From a virus: a stretch of 64,000 bases of DNA. The stretch spans positions 1 through 64,000 of IMG/VR virus record IMGVR_UViG_3300046737_000169; one strand, 5' to 3'. The translations under genes were made by a program, and so were the position numbers. The notes under the pieces were generated by a model that worked only from the letters and a program-made list of their open reading frames with translations, did no database searches and was not told where the DNA came from. Numbering within the stretch: the first letter of the stretch is position 1; every line of letters begins with the position of its first letter. Below are positions 22,101 through 30,564 of the stretch, piece by piece.

Positions 22101-23772
22101 GTACAACCTGCGCAACCTGTCGGGCGATCTGGAGCGCGTGCTGGCCGTCAATCCGCACGCCGTTGCGCATGTCGGCAAGTCCATGAGCGACATCTACGAT
22201 TTCGTGAAGACCGGCAAGATGCCGAGTCCCGAGTTCCAGGAATGGTGGGAACGCGGAGGCATGGACTCCAACCTCCAGGAGGCCGAGGCCGGCGACATCG
22301 ACCGCCTCGCCAAGCTGAAACGCAAGCTGGTCGATCCCGATGTCGGTGCGGCGAAGAAGACGCTGCGCTTGGGCGTGAGGGGATGGAACGCTCTGTGGAG
22401 AGGGCTCCGCACCGGCACCAACATGCGGGAAGGCATCCTGCGCTATGCCACTTTCCTCGAGTACCAGCAGCAGATCGCGGCGAGCACCTCTGGGCGCCCG
22501 AAGAACTTTGGCGCCTCGCGCCGCGAAGAAGTGATGGCGCTCAGGAGCCGCAACGATCGCGCCTACAAACTGTCGAACGACCTGATGCTCGCCTACGACG
22601 AGGTGGGCGTGGCCGGCCAGGAACTCCGGAAAAGGTGGATTCCCTTCTGGAGCTTCCAGGAGCAGAACGCGCGGGCCTACAAGCGGATCATGGTCAACGC
22701 CTGGAAGGACGGCCGGACCTCCGCGTTGATCGGACGAGCCATCGTGGGGAAGACCGCGCGGGTAGGCGCCTACACGATGATGAAGCTCGCCTCGACCTCG
22801 ATGCGGCTGCTGATGCTCAAGACGCTCACCGAGCTCTGGAACAACTACGCCTACGACGACGAGGAAGAGGATCTGCCGGAGAGCGTGCGCAAGTCGACCC
22901 ATATCATCCTGGGCCGAGACTCGAACGGCAAGGTGCGAGTGTTCTCGCGCCTGGGCACCATCGACGATCTGCTTGAGTGGGGCGGCCTGGATGCGGCGCC
23001 GTTCTATGCGCGCGAGTACATGAACGGGCGCATGGACTTCGCCGATCTGAAGGACCAGATGATCGGCCATCTCCTGCCCAGGCTGCGCGGCGGCCTTCCG
23101 GTTCCCAAGGCGGCCTTCAACAAGGTCTGGCAGAGCATCACTCCGTACATCAAAACGACGGCGGAACTGGGCTATGGCAAGACCTCCTATCCGGACTTCT
23201 TCAAACAGCGAGAGATTCGGGACACCGGCGAGTACATCGCCCGCGAGTTGAACCTGCTTGCCCCCTACAAAGGGTTGATCAAAAAGCCGCAGCCGTCGTT
23301 CTGGACGATGGACAAACTGTCCGAGTTCATGATCTACAAGTACGATCCGAACGAGACGCAGTACAACTCGTTCCGCTACGACAAGGTGGCCAAGTGGGCG
23401 GTGGAGAACGGGCACGACACCTCGGGCGGCGGCATGTCGCTGAAGAAGTCGGCCGAGGCGCTCTACGATATCCGCATGGCGATCCGCTACGACGACCAGA
23501 GCGCGCTGGCCGCCGGGATACAAGCCTACAAGGATGCGGACGGCACCAAGCAGAACCTGAAGAAATCAATCCAGCGCCTGCATCCGCTGGGCTCGCTCAC
23601 CAACAAGAAGCTGAAGAAGGAGTTCGAGGACTCCCTCACCGCCCAGGAAAAACGGCAACTCGAAAAGGCTGTAGCATTCTGGGAAGAGCAATTTCATTCC
23701 AAGGAAACCGAAGTGATGGATGTCGCGCAGTCCGAAGGTCTGCCGGCCAAGAAGAAGAAGGGGAAGAAATAA
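13132..23772 (+). CDS. Large polyvalent virion-ejected protein (DdrB-like ParB domain, two zincin-like domains, DUF7178/HhH-like domain, LPD38-like C-terminus)
   Basis: 3546 aa; NYPQEYQPRD..DGAPIV..DGTVITRNH (ddrB-ParB-like); two EExxH..EITAK.LA domains; IAVLSP..W..N / KVRSFYNNI / VTIDTHA / MQSITW; WIPFWSF..LPE..R C-terminal domain. Confidence 0.85.
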   Translation: MADNPFAKYGGVLVADGEDENPFAKYGGVKVVGPPRPHVEPTPTGPAPAPWITADKVPGAELTGLPGVQKVPAPYDLGGPGRGPGAAPPISPLQQPTMRAATPRSVPDYLSTEGITGLPYPGSGGVVPPEPYAPPLPKDAGLGERVWRGVTDEGWTQVQDSIASGTQVVGRNIDRAFGPGMIRNAGDRLAQYGEELESGREYTPPAVNLEDWLAKPDRSVGDLATMVIEGGARTLPNMLATVGAGMLVPGGGAVLSYLMNSGEIFDSQVKEGIHPEQAAKNAAVWGVPATMLDYFVPGDIIKAIKANPKLPAELKKTLYKRVVDFAKGTGTEMFTEGAQNVNQDLAMSQATGKPMDWRKTGVGAAEAALTAAGPGAVGHVMESVGERTPALDDVLGGGELADYMRKRQEAGFQPLEQPQPEDDGGTPPPPGAPPGAPPGAPPGAPPGAPPPGAGPFPPLHTQPPPTEPGTIPTTEPGAPDQTLPPETTPGTGEAPPPPPPVLQGEELYQAATAHVADIAGIEAPELAAALGVTPKDAQAVLERMVQEGAFTPKVLKNGGISYVNLRLKQERGGISPVTSPIQKGQAEPPPPPGPGVQQEPPPLPTQPPAPPQEDVSRGTEEDVPPPEVRTEEPKQPVPDEAAAKRQAFIRNRYANKPESWYGTLEGEGPRPEWNDFVERFARSDYGADLQEEAKRAIQEFRGLEPPSDSIQQGKEPGEQGTAPKPPALERAPPPAPAAPEEKEPIPSSPEGRPVPPEHPNAKREKVFTTAGREVPIRYEIREADDLVNSFEPNYPQEYQPRDTERIGTEQRVKQRQSDMRPELFAESPLASDGAPIVLPDGTVITRNHGSEALKRNYREGSPKTAEYKQWLADNAARFNYSPEQIAGMQQPILVRVMEGNVPVSEVIEFAGEANAPSVAKMSEAEIAQHMAKRMTGAVMEAFHPTEDGKPNIEFVRELIKGLTVEDQATFIDRNGKLSQEGAKIVRNVIFAKAYPDMRAIERMAETEDASLLNVTKGMLFSAPKVAIFQDLVDRGERFDLGIGQDIIDVLNILDQISREGSSIPEWKAQQSMFGRDPFLIRLLDIVSENTRSARRISDVFIAYAEVADAAGSPKQETMFGPPEIPGKLEILETAHERAKEQWAAKPKRRDPATGKPIEEGGPEEQAKPASDGVAKGPDEDVRPEVLREGPAKPGAPGAQQPGGVEKGKGVRRRDRRRAIDADGKWQDDTLADIPGLTAQATFKEPGVSGVVWVNYDGMRVVEAALNEPPLNGIALDDVGVVDLMSALEARLAEDGLYEEERAKLQEFHDLLSKHREKVGPGAGVEIVMADPTVNADFIGTAREEKLHAAQRQAKLSDETIEDLMLEPEFHEAWGWLEDHGYPDIDAKGAFEEITAKVLAGQAIGLTEAQRIKVAKAYRNALIAAHGAEAIVLFRYIKSGEVKETFRGREAKEEGAGRAAGVQSEGGVELQRGPTGGREGEGEGGGRGRGVREVAESELGGKRGEQTKIELEEQPDDRAILQGERLTAGFNAPLTPEEKRAKLKPAKVEQTSMFGGEEEPAERQGRLFAKRQHEFEAPGRLVTSKTAEEFGSTDILMPGEGFRFPEAVKRAASLIRKYPGFRGKGLANPQAVIDDFVKQIRENLVWLHDKYREQHGDLIKRAKLWYDGGRKIAEGFAKEAGVKPHQSAAVIAVLSPKKDWFMNVDLARRIHQFMGIADTVKWSDKMDAGYRAMQKSKARSDASSIKKAAAKGKVFTPSKTLPNAYRRIRGKAFSEITNAQDRAYYLRMWDEGHNSRDFNVLTPEGESRGVARNKKDTANSKVVWAGYDAIRKAMSVLEDGSVENISKRLGNRHKVRSFYNNILDPNSKNLHVTIDTHAVSAGLLRPLGESDPEVKHNLGALSVVTGEAPTYGLFAEGTRDAAKDRDLIAREMQSITWEAVRGLFSGGFKNDANRKTLAALWRDVAQGKITADEAREQIFKLAGGIDRPAWADRLPDFGGHDRGGRAADARGVPGEGVPGARPGGADGLRARGRDAGAVRTPGPKERSRPGRQRSVRGEPVPTGKTVEAQTHAATGGRFPDIIRFSDDLKRAMDGLVFHSESKADRKAGKLAAGFKTGTWYINRRGLSLLAKWTGSDMVAGSSFPASTVPLLIKVIDEDIAWIQARKPLTPQGLAEITRLRDRLEAWEKLPKATPDESVNFSFFEQGEKRHPAMRATISEEAIHGFQRLAALKDATIDALMDTDLFKRAKQTLQRNGLYAGKNNRSVLMEITAKILAADPDYAPHIPELFRLHIVKAYRDAIVAEHGEDGIVVFRYIKKGKEKDVFQGRMQPPMPTRPGAPTTGPRAPPPPPRPSPTAQPVWTPTGRATQAPFDFTKKDPYAGTTPSPTAKPSTSPTRKPVQLPLFQQLKKAGLFARIVEAGRRADERLRKAGIYSGATLSANRFLDPKVIRDMAISIAGSVAQGVIDARNFTSSITDKFGSGARRVARQVYRRAQGQMRHAASTGTLNARTLGPNAVQAASIGVPPPTTAVATTTPQQQAAAALDQREKEIWERMMPATKTGEDSLLEKGRKGWQSFKAFFDRQYFHLAHGARFAELRQRLNFVAKSQGTSQHKAAQAIIDQLEKLDEKEYIQFLKVVVYNDMWARVMQQTAEGTPVLDKDLWWGIKDKHELANVRAKVRADARANPKVTAALDMRQQMWPNIRKEYIAAMKKAGVDVSKSIKRKDYFRHRVMKHQDAKMAGKGGGSRFKLPTARGWLKKAQVNIHDYSLDYIRSEFEVLNEMMYDTARAKFIGWLKDESGHNIDKQLMRQAAAHNKAVIMPTFARMARYYNRKNRGRGVSLMTAESMYQKMMRLKPRDPSWRKRLTMRLAGAEYVGSLEKALNTFAKDTHDIYRANDKDHFYLAATIPDALARAIAANGTGQVLDTQLKKILAKGQRQGQMVLPKEVVKTLQEFMQGPTSDVGKFVDSVSRWPLNKWKQLKLIHPAGVVKYNLRNLSGDLERVLAVNPHAVAHVGKSMSDIYDFVKTGKMPSPEFQEWWERGGMDSNLQEAEAGDIDRLAKLKRKLVDPDVGAAKKTLRLGVRGWNALWRGLRTGTNMREGILRYATFLEYQQQIAASTSGRPKNFGASRREEVMALRSRNDRAYKLSNDLMLAYDEVGVAGQELRKRWIPFWSFQEQNARAYKRIMVNAWKDGRTSALIGRAIVGKTARVGAYTMMKLASTSMRLLMLKTLTELWNNYAYDDEEEDLPESVRKSTHIILGRDSNGKVRVFSRLGTIDDLLEWGGLDAAPFYAREYMNGRMDFADLKDQMIGHLLPRLRGGLPVPKAAFNKVWQSITPYIKTTAELGYGKTSYPDFFKQREIRDTGEYIARELNLLAPYKGLIKKPQPSFWTMDKLSEFMIYKYDPNETQYNSFRYDKVAKWAVENGHDTSGGGMSLKKSAEALYDIRMAIRYDDQSALAAGIQAYKDADGTKQNLKKSIQRLHPLGSLTNKKLKKEFEDSLTAQEKRQLEKAVAFWEEQFHSKETEVMDVAQSEGLPAKKKKGKK
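14973..14988. promoter_or_regulatory. parS-like centromere site embedded in CDS
   Basis: CGTTTCCCGTGGAACA vs consensus TGTTTCACGTGAAACA; encodes the tell-tale DVSRGT peptide in a Pro-rich linker. Confidence 0.55.
16535..16744 (+). CDS. Nested +1-frame gene 1 (69 aa) after the ddrB-ParB domain
   Basis: GGAG 7 nt before ATG; host frame loses GC3 bias here; product ends VMEWLKDRMKTYDPKYFGKDQP.. Confidence 0.45.
   Translation: MNGQKSNGRPSLNGETRRPANPSKKAGPRNRRNPQVMEWLKDRMKTYDPKYFGKDQPNQEPPAPSSLEE
17468..17662 (+). CDS. Nested +1-frame gene 2 (64 aa) after the first zincin-like domain
   Basis: AAGGAG 7 nt before GTG; helical protein-like product; host frame becomes G/R/E low-complexity. Confidence 0.6.
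   Translation: MAEKQKRKVLDAPPEFSRKAVSNFNAAQLAAARAKEKGEDEDAAFEKSLKASWAESAGSKPKSN
19043..19294 (+). CDS. Nested +1-frame gene 3 (83 aa, acidic) after the DUF7178-like domain
   Basis: TAAAAT -10 box 8 nt upstream; product PILEDMIEEGAPLTRAEYLARAYPEQDPEEPMDSELEAEMP; host frame is an R/G shadow. Confidence 0.7.
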   Translation: MKRESKSSSSREALIDQLGQIDSPILEDMIEEGAPLTRAEYLARAYPEQDPEEPMDSELEAEMPALFVHPDLRKDLGLDDSEA

Positions 23773-24003
23773 ATGGTACACGGTCCCTACAAGCGGGCGA
23801 CGGTGATCACGCCGCACGATACCAATCCGATCGGAGTGCCCTGCGAGGCTCTGATCGCAGACACCGGTGGCACGGTGAATGTGGTCGACTTCGCCGGGGT
23901 AACATCCACGATCACACTGGCCACGGGCGTGCCGCTGGAGTTCACGCCGCGCATCGTAAAAACCGGCGGTGCAGCCACTGGCCTCAAGGCGCTTTGCAGG
24001 TAG
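23773..24003 (+). CDS. Head spike base protein (RcGTA Rcc01079-like)
   Basis: Pattern ATVITPHDT..ALIADTGGTVNV..TITLATG..RIVKTG..ATG. Confidence 0.65.
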   Translation: MVHGPYKRATVITPHDTNPIGVPCEALIADTGGTVNVVDFAGVTSTITLATGVPLEFTPRIVKTGGAATGLKALCR

Positions 24004-24013
24004 GATATAAGCC

Positions 24014-24355
24014 ATGCTGGTCGAGGATCTGGAAATCTTTCAGGGCGACGATTACGTTGTGACCGTCACGGTCAGGGACTCGCTCGGGGCGGCGTACAAC
24101 CTCGCCGGCTTCACCGCCAAGGCCCAGGTGCGCCGGCAGCCCGCCGACTCAGGCCCCGTTGTCGCCGAGTTTGGAGCCGCCGTCCAACTGCCGAATCTCG
24201 TCGTCTTGTCCCTCACCAACGCGCAGACCCTCGCCCTGGCCGGCACCTACTACTGGGATGTTCAGATCAAGAGTTCGGCCGGCGCCGTCACGACGCTGGC
24301 CAGGGGGCGCGTCCTCTCCGCGCAGGAAGTGACCCGTGAGGTGGTGATGGCGTGA
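24014..24355 (+). CDS. BppU-N-like fibre adaptor
   Basis: [33 protein letters not shown] motif. Confidence 0.7.
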   Translation: MLVEDLEIFQGDDYVVTVTVRDSLGAAYNLAGFTAKAQVRRQPADSGPVVAEFGAAVQLPNLVVLSLTNAQTLALAGTYYWDVQIKSSAGAVTTLARGRVLSAQEVTREVVMA

Positions 24356-27300
24356 CGCGGACCATCGAGCTAGATGCGGTAATCGTCAAGCCGCGGCTGA
24401 ACGTCACGATCGATCCGGCGAAAGACTTCATCGTCTCGATGGCAGCCGGGCAGCCGATCCCAGGCCCTCCTGGTCCCCAAGGAGAGCAAGGAATCCCAGG
24501 CCCGGTTGGTCCCCAAGGCCCGAAAGGCGATACCGGCGATACAGGCCCGGTTGGTCCGACCGGAAGTACCGGCAGTACCGGAGCCACTGGCCCCAAAGGC
24601 GACAAAGGCGACAAAGGCGACCAAGGCATCCCCGGAAATACCGGCAGTACCGGCGCCACCGGCGCCCAAGGCCCGCAAGGCATACCCGGCGATCCAGGAA
24701 CCCCAGGCGCCCAAGGCCCCCAAGGCATACAAGGAAATCCCGGCCCCACTGGTGCGACCGGAGCCACCGGTCCGGAGGGCCCCCAAGGCATCCAAGGTGT
24801 CCCAGGTCCAGCCGGCGTCCTGGCGGTTCAGGACGAGGGTATTGCCCTGGCTGGCCGGTCCTCCCTCAACTTCGTGGGTGCGGGCGTTACTGCGACCGAC
24901 GACGGCGCCGGCAACCGGACCACGATCACCATCCCCGGCCTGACCGGCACCGGCGGGCACGTCATCCAGGACGAAGGCACGCCGCTCACCGCCCGTGCGG
25001 CCCTCAACTTCATAGGCGCTGGGGTAACAGCCAGCGACGACGTAGGCAACAGCCGTACCAATATCACGATCGCGAGTTCTCAAACTCCCTGGCTCCAGGA
25101 CATCAACGGCGGCAACTTCAACCTCGGCAACGTCAAAGCCATCGGCGTAGGAGCCAACGCCAACCCCGTCATCGCAGGCGTCTATGTGCAAACCGCTGGC
25201 GCTGGTGCCGCCGGTTTCCGCCACTTCGACTCAGCCACGACCGGCGCTGGGAGCATCATCGTAGGCAACGACCTGGGCCACCTGGGCGGTCTCATACTAG
25301 GTGGATCTCTACTGGCCACTGTCGGCCTACGTGACGTTCTGTCCTTCTACACCCAGTCGGCCACGCCTATCATCTTTGCGACCCAGGAAGTAGAACGCAT
25401 GAGGATCACCGCCGCTGGCCTCATGGGCATCGGCAAGACGCCGGCCACTTACAAATTGGAGGTCTCAGGGGATATAGACGTGACCGGGGTATACCGGATC
25501 AACGGTGTCCCATTATCCGCTGGCGCATCGCAAACGCCGTGGCTGCAGGACATCAACGCCGCCACCTTCAAGCTCAACAACTCTGGCGGGATCGGCATAG
25601 GCGTGGCCTCGCCCACTCAGGCTCTGCACGTAGCCAAAGCAGACAACAACGACGTTATCCTGGTTTCCGGCTCTAGCACCAGCGTGTACATGGCGTTCCA
25701 GTCGAACGCCACGTCCGGCCGCATCACGCACTTTAATGGCTCGGCATGGGGGAATATTCTCCTCGCCCCGTTCGGCGGAAAAGTGGGCATCGGCATCCCC
25801 GCTACGATCAACTACCCGCTCGACGTTGTAGGTGATGTCAACATTTCCGCCGGCAGTGTCTACCGCATCAACGGTGTCCCGCTTAGTACCGGCGTACCTA
25901 CTTCCAGGCAAGTGATCGCCGGGACCGGCCTGTCTGGCGGCGGCGCACTTACCGCGGATGTTACGCTCTCCGCGCTGCCCATGATCGCCAGCGGCGCGAC
26001 TGGGCGCGGCGGCACTGTACCCACGCCAGGAGCTACGGCAGGGACAACTAAGTTCCTCCGCGAGGACGCAACGTGGGGAGTGCCGGTGGGCGCGGCCCAG
26101 ACGCCTTGGCTCACCGATATCAACGGCAACGGTAAGATTCTCTACAGTGTCGCTGCCATAGGCATCCAGGTAGCCAGCCCACAGGTTGCCCTGCAAATAG
26201 CCGGTCAAATCTGGTCAACCGCCGACACGGTCATCCTGGAATACGCCGCCCATAGTAGCGGGTACGGGCGGGTTGGATGCATGAGCTTTCACCCGTTGAC
26301 ACTCTGGACCAACCAATTGGAACGTGTGCGGATCTTAGCGGATGGCAAGGTTGGTATCGGCACGGCGAATCCGCTGAATACATTTCAGGTTCATGCCGCG
26401 ACAGATCAGAATTTGGGCATCCGCCATGACGGGGCCAAGATGGGTATCGGCACATACAACGACGCCGGGACGCTCGGCGTGCCAATGAGCCTCAACGCCT
26501 CGTCATTTGAGTTCTTGACTGGGTCTGTGGGTATTGGAACTGGCAACCTGAGTACGGCCAAGTTAGTTGTCCAGGCGACCGTGGACCGAGTGCTCGTTGT
26601 GCGCGGCGATCCCGCCCCATTTGGCTTTCCCGCTGGCATGTTGGGTCCAATCCTTGCAGGAGTCAGTTCCGATCACTCCACCTTCGAGCCATTCACCATC
26701 GCTGGCTCGTCCATCAATCTGATGACCGGCAACGTGGGCATCAACACGACGGCTCCCGCCCATAGGCTGGACGTAGTTGGCAACTGCAACGTGACCGGCC
26801 AGTACTTGGTCAACGGTGTCCCACTTAGTACCGGCGGCTCCCAAACCCCGTGGACGCAGGACATTGCTGGCGGTGGCTTCACTCTCTCGAGCGCGGGCGC
26901 GGTTGGCTTCGTTAATGTCGGTGCGACGGTACCCGCAGGGCCGGCCATCATGGGTGGTTACGCTGGCGCCGTCATGCTGCTCGTCTCTGGAACCACCGCT
27001 ATTCAGATCAACAATCAGGCGAACAATGTGGGAATCGCCCGTTTCCACAACAGCGCCGGGGTAAGTTTCGGCACCACTTACTACGCCAGTGATCCGGGAG
27101 CAAACGCCCTGAGCGTCGAAGGGCGAATTGGCATCGGCACCACCACTCCCGGCAGCTATAGTGCTGGATTAACGGTCCTCGCTGGAACCGCGGGCAAACA
27201 AATTCAAATTCTAGAACCCGGCGGCAATGGTCAATACCGCCTGGAAATTGGTTATGCCGTCATCAACGGGAACTGGGGCGGACGCATCCAGGCTCTGGTC

Positions 27301-28248
27301 ACAGAGACGCCCTACCAACTGCACCTGAACCCATTGGGCGGCGGGGTCAACATTGGTCCCGCTACCAACATCCCGGCCTGCGGCTTACAGGTGACCGGCG
27401 TAGGCCAAGGAACTGCCTCCCCAACCTTCCCCACTGGCGCTCAAGGCGCAACCCTGCTTGTAAGTGATTCTCTCGGGCCGGGGGCCAGCGGCGGGATGAT
27501 CGTCTTCGGTGCTCGGGGCGGGGACGGATCAGGCTTCTGCGGAATCAAAGGCTATTACCTCGACGGGGGAGGCAACACTGCCGGGGCGATGGGGTTCATG
27601 ACCCGTAAAGTCAACACCGACACGGTTCTCACTAACGTGATGTGGCTTAGTACCGGCGGCTATCTCGGCATCAATACCACTGGGCCAGCCTGCCACCTGT
27701 CAACCGGCAGCGTCCTGGCCACGATCAAGGTTGCCTCATACGACCTGTCCGGTTCCATGTTCGGCATCGGCGTCCAGAGTGCCGTCCTCACCTTTGGCGC
27801 TGGCATCGGCGAGCAGGGCGCGGCAAACATGACCCTCAGTTCCTCTGGGCATCTTGGCATCGGCATCGGCAACGCTGCGTCTGCGCATCGGCTGTCAGTG
27901 ATCCCAACGGCGGGTGTTAATACCTTCGCGTTGGCATCGCAGCAGGTGAAAATCGGTGAGCCGAGTAACATCGCTGGCTATGCCATGACTCTTGGGTATG
28001 GGGCACCAAGTGGCAGATACGGCGGCACCATCCAGGCATGGGACAACGGTGCAGTGGGCACGTTATACCTAAATCCTGGAGGGGGCAATATCGTCATGGC
28101 AAATTCGGCAGCCTGGGGAGCAGACACCGCGAATATGCCGCTTGGGACAATGATGATCTACTACAATCATACGGACGGTCGATTGTACTTCTACGTTAAG
28201 AGAACTGATTCCCAAACAATAAGACAGACTAACTTGTTATTGACATAG
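24352..28248 (+). CDS. Collagen-like head/tail fibre with modular repeats
   Basis: About 40 Gly-X-Y triplets; QDEG..LNF.GAGVTA x2; QTPWxxDI x4; GxVGIGT/GINT repeats. Confidence 0.8.
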   Translation: MTRTIELDAVIVKPRLNVTIDPAKDFIVSMAAGQPIPGPPGPQGEQGIPGPVGPQGPKGDTGDTGPVGPTGSTGSTGATGPKGDKGDKGDQGIPGNTGSTGATGAQGPQGIPGDPGTPGAQGPQGIQGNPGPTGATGATGPEGPQGIQGVPGPAGVLAVQDEGIALAGRSSLNFVGAGVTATDDGAGNRTTITIPGLTGTGGHVIQDEGTPLTARAALNFIGAGVTASDDVGNSRTNITIASSQTPWLQDINGGNFNLGNVKAIGVGANANPVIAGVYVQTAGAGAAGFRHFDSATTGAGSIIVGNDLGHLGGLILGGSLLATVGLRDVLSFYTQSATPIIFATQEVERMRITAAGLMGIGKTPATYKLEVSGDIDVTGVYRINGVPLSAGASQTPWLQDINAATFKLNNSGGIGIGVASPTQALHVAKADNNDVILVSGSSTSVYMAFQSNATSGRITHFNGSAWGNILLAPFGGKVGIGIPATINYPLDVVGDVNISAGSVYRINGVPLSTGVPTSRQVIAGTGLSGGGALTADVTLSALPMIASGATGRGGTVPTPGATAGTTKFLREDATWGVPVGAAQTPWLTDINGNGKILYSVAAIGIQVASPQVALQIAGQIWSTADTVILEYAAHSSGYGRVGCMSFHPLTLWTNQLERVRILADGKVGIGTANPLNTFQVHAATDQNLGIRHDGAKMGIGTYNDAGTLGVPMSLNASSFEFLTGSVGIGTGNLSTAKLVVQATVDRVLVVRGDPAPFGFPAGMLGPILAGVSSDHSTFEPFTIAGSSINLMTGNVGINTTAPAHRLDVVGNCNVTGQYLVNGVPLSTGGSQTPWTQDIAGGGFTLSSAGAVGFVNVGATVPAGPAIMGGYAGAVMLLVSGTTAIQINNQANNVGIARFHNSAGVSFGTTYYASDPGANALSVEGRIGIGTTTPGSYSAGLTVLAGTAGKQIQILEPGGNGQYRLEIGYAVINGNWGGRIQALVTETPYQLHLNPLGGGVNIGPATNIPACGLQVTGVGQGTASPTFPTGAQGATLLVSDSLGPGASGGMIVFGARGGDGSGFCGIKGYYLDGGGNTAGAMGFMTRKVNTDTVLTNVMWLSTGGYLGINTTGPACHLSTGSVLATIKVASYDLSGSMFGIGVQSAVLTFGAGIGEQGAANMTLSSSGHLGIGIGNAASAHRLSVIPTAGVNTFALASQQVKIGEPSNIAGYAMTLGYGAPSGRYGGTIQAWDNGAVGTLYLNPGGGNIVMANSAAWGADTANMPLGTMMIYYNHTDGRLYFYVKRTDSQTIRQTNLLLT

Positions 28249-28263
28249 AGAAAGAAGGTTCCA

Positions 28264-28551
28264 ATGACTTATACAGAGAGCGCCGCCCTCATGAGCGATC
28301 CGGCGTTCCGGGGCCGTGTGCAAGTGGCCGTCTTGAAGTTCGCTGACTCGATCATGATCGAGGCTTCGAGCGTTCCGGCGCACAATACGCGCGAACGCTG
28401 GGCGATCAATACTATGCAGAACCCGCAGATGGTGGCCATGCAGATACAGCCGCCCACGGTCATGGACCCGGCGGTGCAGACGGCCGGCGGCGCCGTGACT
28501 GACGTGGAGTTGCAAGCCGCGGTGGAAGGGGTTGTGAATAAACTACTCTAA
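28264..28551 (+). CDS. Fibre-associated small protein
   Basis: GAAGGT RBS; directly follows the fibre gene. Confidence 0.7.
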   Translation: MTYTESAALMSDPAFRGRVQVAVLKFADSIMIEASSVPAHNTRERWAINTMQNPQMVAMQIQPPTVMDPAVQTAGGAVTDVELQAAVEGVVNKLL

Positions 28552-28898
28552 TGCAGAGTCTGACCTTGCCTTTTTACCAGCGCATCATGTTATGGAATGT
28601 GATCGGAAGCCATGCCGCCCCCAACCTCAAGGAAGCCAGCGTTGGCTTGCGCGTCATCGAGAAACTACGGCTCTCCGACCAGGAGCAGACCGAAAGCGAA
28701 TTTACTATCAACGGCCAGCAATACAACTGGAAGCTGCCCAGCGAAACCTACGGGACCAAGACCGTGGACTTTGAAGGCGACGAGGCGAAGGCTCTGGCCG
28801 CGGCGATCGAGGCCGCGCCTACGCGCGTGATGGACGCCGTCTGGTTGCAACCGATCGTCGACAAGCTGAAGGTCTCCCCCAACGGGGCCGGCGCCTGA
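28551..28898 (+). CDS. Putative fibre-associated chaperone; paralogue of 7504-7929
   Basis: TAATG coupling; shares motif pattern with 7504-7929. Confidence 0.65.
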   Translation: MQSLTLPFYQRIMLWNVIGSHAAPNLKEASVGLRVIEKLRLSDQEQTESEFTINGQQYNWKLPSETYGTKTVDFEGDEAKALAAAIEAAPTRVMDAVWLQPIVDKLKVSPNGAGA

Positions 28899-28992
28899 AG
28901 CGCGAGACCACCAAGAGACTGCTTCTCTTTGCAATGATCCTCTACTGGCTCATCAGCCTCTCCGTCCTCTGGGTTGTGACCAAACCTGCCCG

Positions 28993-29035
28993 TTGACTTT
29001 GCGCAAGGAAACCCAGCATACTAACGTTGCGCAAG
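28993..29035 (+). promoter_or_regulatory. sigma70-type promoter with two TTGCGCAA palindromes
   Basis: TTGACT-18-CATACT; TTGCGCAA at 28999 and 29027. Confidence 0.6.
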
Positions 29036-29036
29036 A

Positions 29037-29261
29037 ATGGGCAGCAGTAATGGCTTCGGTTCCGCCTCCGAGAGGCTCGCTACTCTCAAGGCTCACCGCG
29101 GCATCCTCAGCCGCATAGCCGGGCAACTGGGAATGTCTACGGCCGCCGTGTCGCGGACGTATCACGGCGTCACCAGGCAGACCAACCCGCGGATCGTCGA
29201 AGCCATCAGGCGAGCCCTCGCTGAAGCGCGGAAAGCGAAAGAGGTGAGGCTAAATGGCTGA
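29037..29261 (+). CDS. Cro-like HTH regulator
   Basis: ILSRIAGQLGMSTAAVSRTYHG helix-turn-helix. Confidence 0.7.
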   Translation: MGSSNGFGSASERLATLKAHRGILSRIAGQLGMSTAAVSRTYHGVTRQTNPRIVEAIRRALAEARKAKEVRLNG

Positions 29262-30564
29262 TCAAGAACAGGCCCTGGTGCGGGCCGGAGGAGACGTGAC
29301 GCACACCGCCTATGGCGATGTGACTCATCGCTCCGGAGTAGACGTAGCTGCTGCGACCCAGGCGGCACACGCCCAGGCCGCGGTGCAGGCGCGCTACGTG
29401 ATGGCGATCCAGCGCCCGCGCAACGAGGCGAACTTCCGCTCGAAGCTCCTGCTCGAAGTGGACAATCCGGACTTCGCGGCAATCTGTGAATATCGCAGGC
29501 CGGTGGGCAAGGAGAAGAACGCGCAAGGCCAGTGGGTCGACAAGATTGCCACGGGCCCTTCGATCCATCTGTTGCGCACGGCGCTGAGGCTCTTCGGGAA
29601 CAATGGCAGCGAGCCGGCGGTCATCACAGAAACACCGGATCTGCGGATCGGATCGATCACGATTTCTGACTATGAAAATAATTTCCACGTCGTGAGGACA
29701 TTCGTCATTGAAAAAAGGATCGAGAAGCGCGGCTACGAGAACCGCCGGACCAAGCAGGTAGAGCCGCCGCCCGGCCGGGAGATCCTCGGCACGCGCATAA
29801 ACACTGACGGCGAAGAAGTGTACATCGTCCGGATGAACCTGGACGAATTGAGGAAAGAGGAACTTCGTCAGACCGCGCTCGCCAAGCGCGCCGCCGCCGA
29901 GGAGTTCTTGCCCAGGCATATCATTCGGGCCGCTTTAATGAGGGCGGTAGGTGTGATGAAGGATGCGGACGCCAAAGATCCGGCGGCCGCGAAGAACCGG
30001 ATGATCGATGCCTTCGTCGAACTCAAGATCATGGCCAGCGACCTGGAACACTACCTCGGCCATTCGCTCGACCGGCTCTCGACCGACGAGTTGGCCACGC
30101 TGCGCGGTGTCTATTCCCGCCTCTCGAATGAGGAGGTCACCTGGGAAGAGTGCCTCGCCGAGCGCAACCCGGCAGGCAGTACCGAGGAAGCCGAGAAGGT
30201 GCGCGCCCAAAAGCTCGCCGCACTCACCGGCCAGGCTCAAACAGTAACCCACACAGAAGAAGCGAAGGGTAAAAGCGGGGGTGAGAATCCATCTGGCGAG
30301 GCGAAGGTTCCAACTTCGACCGAGCAAGGACCGGTTGGAACGGTCAAAACAGTGGACGCCCCCGCTCCGGACAAACGCTACATCTCGACCGACCAGGCGC
30401 AGGAGTTCGCCCAGGTGATCCACGCCAATAACCTCGACGACGAGCAGATCGCCAAGCTCGTGAAAGCCGGGGGCGCGGATCGCTACGACCAGATGAGGCC
30501 GGACCTCTTCGAGGTGGTCCTGAAGATGGCCCGCGCGACCAAGGGGAAGGGGAACAAGAAATGA
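29254..30564 (+). CDS. Phage recombination protein (ssDNA-annealing-like), putative
   Basis: VQARYVMAIQRPRNE..YRRPVG..GPSIHL...FGN pattern; adjacent to the SMC-like ATPase. Confidence 0.55.
   Translation: MADQEQALVRAGGDVTHTAYGDVTHRSGVDVAAATQAAHAQAAVQARYVMAIQRPRNEANFRSKLLLEVDNPDFAAICEYRRPVGKEKNAQGQWVDKIATGPSIHLLRTALRLFGNNGSEPAVITETPDLRIGSITISDYENNFHVVRTFVIEKRIEKRGYENRRTKQVEPPPGREILGTRINTDGEEVYIVRMNLDELRKEELRQTALAKRAAAEEFLPRHIIRAALMRAVGVMKDADAKDPAAAKNRMIDAFVELKIMASDLEHYLGHSLDRLSTDELATLRGVYSRLSNEEVTWEECLAERNPAGSTEEAEKVRAQKLAALTGQAQTVTHTEEAKGKSGGENPSGEAKVPTSTEQGPVGTVKTVDAPAPDKRYISTDQAQEFAQVIHANNLDDEQIAKLVKAGGADRYDQMRPDLFEVVLKMARATKGKGNKK

Noticed and set aside
146-23523. Long minus-strand ORFs (146-1555, 11761-14673, 17659-21138, 21142-23523)
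   Set aside because: Antisense shadows of GC3-biased plus-strand genes; no RBS or motifs
2312-28248. Diversity-generating retroelement acting on the fibres
   Set aside because: No reverse transcriptase and no adenine-specific TR/VR pair seen in the window
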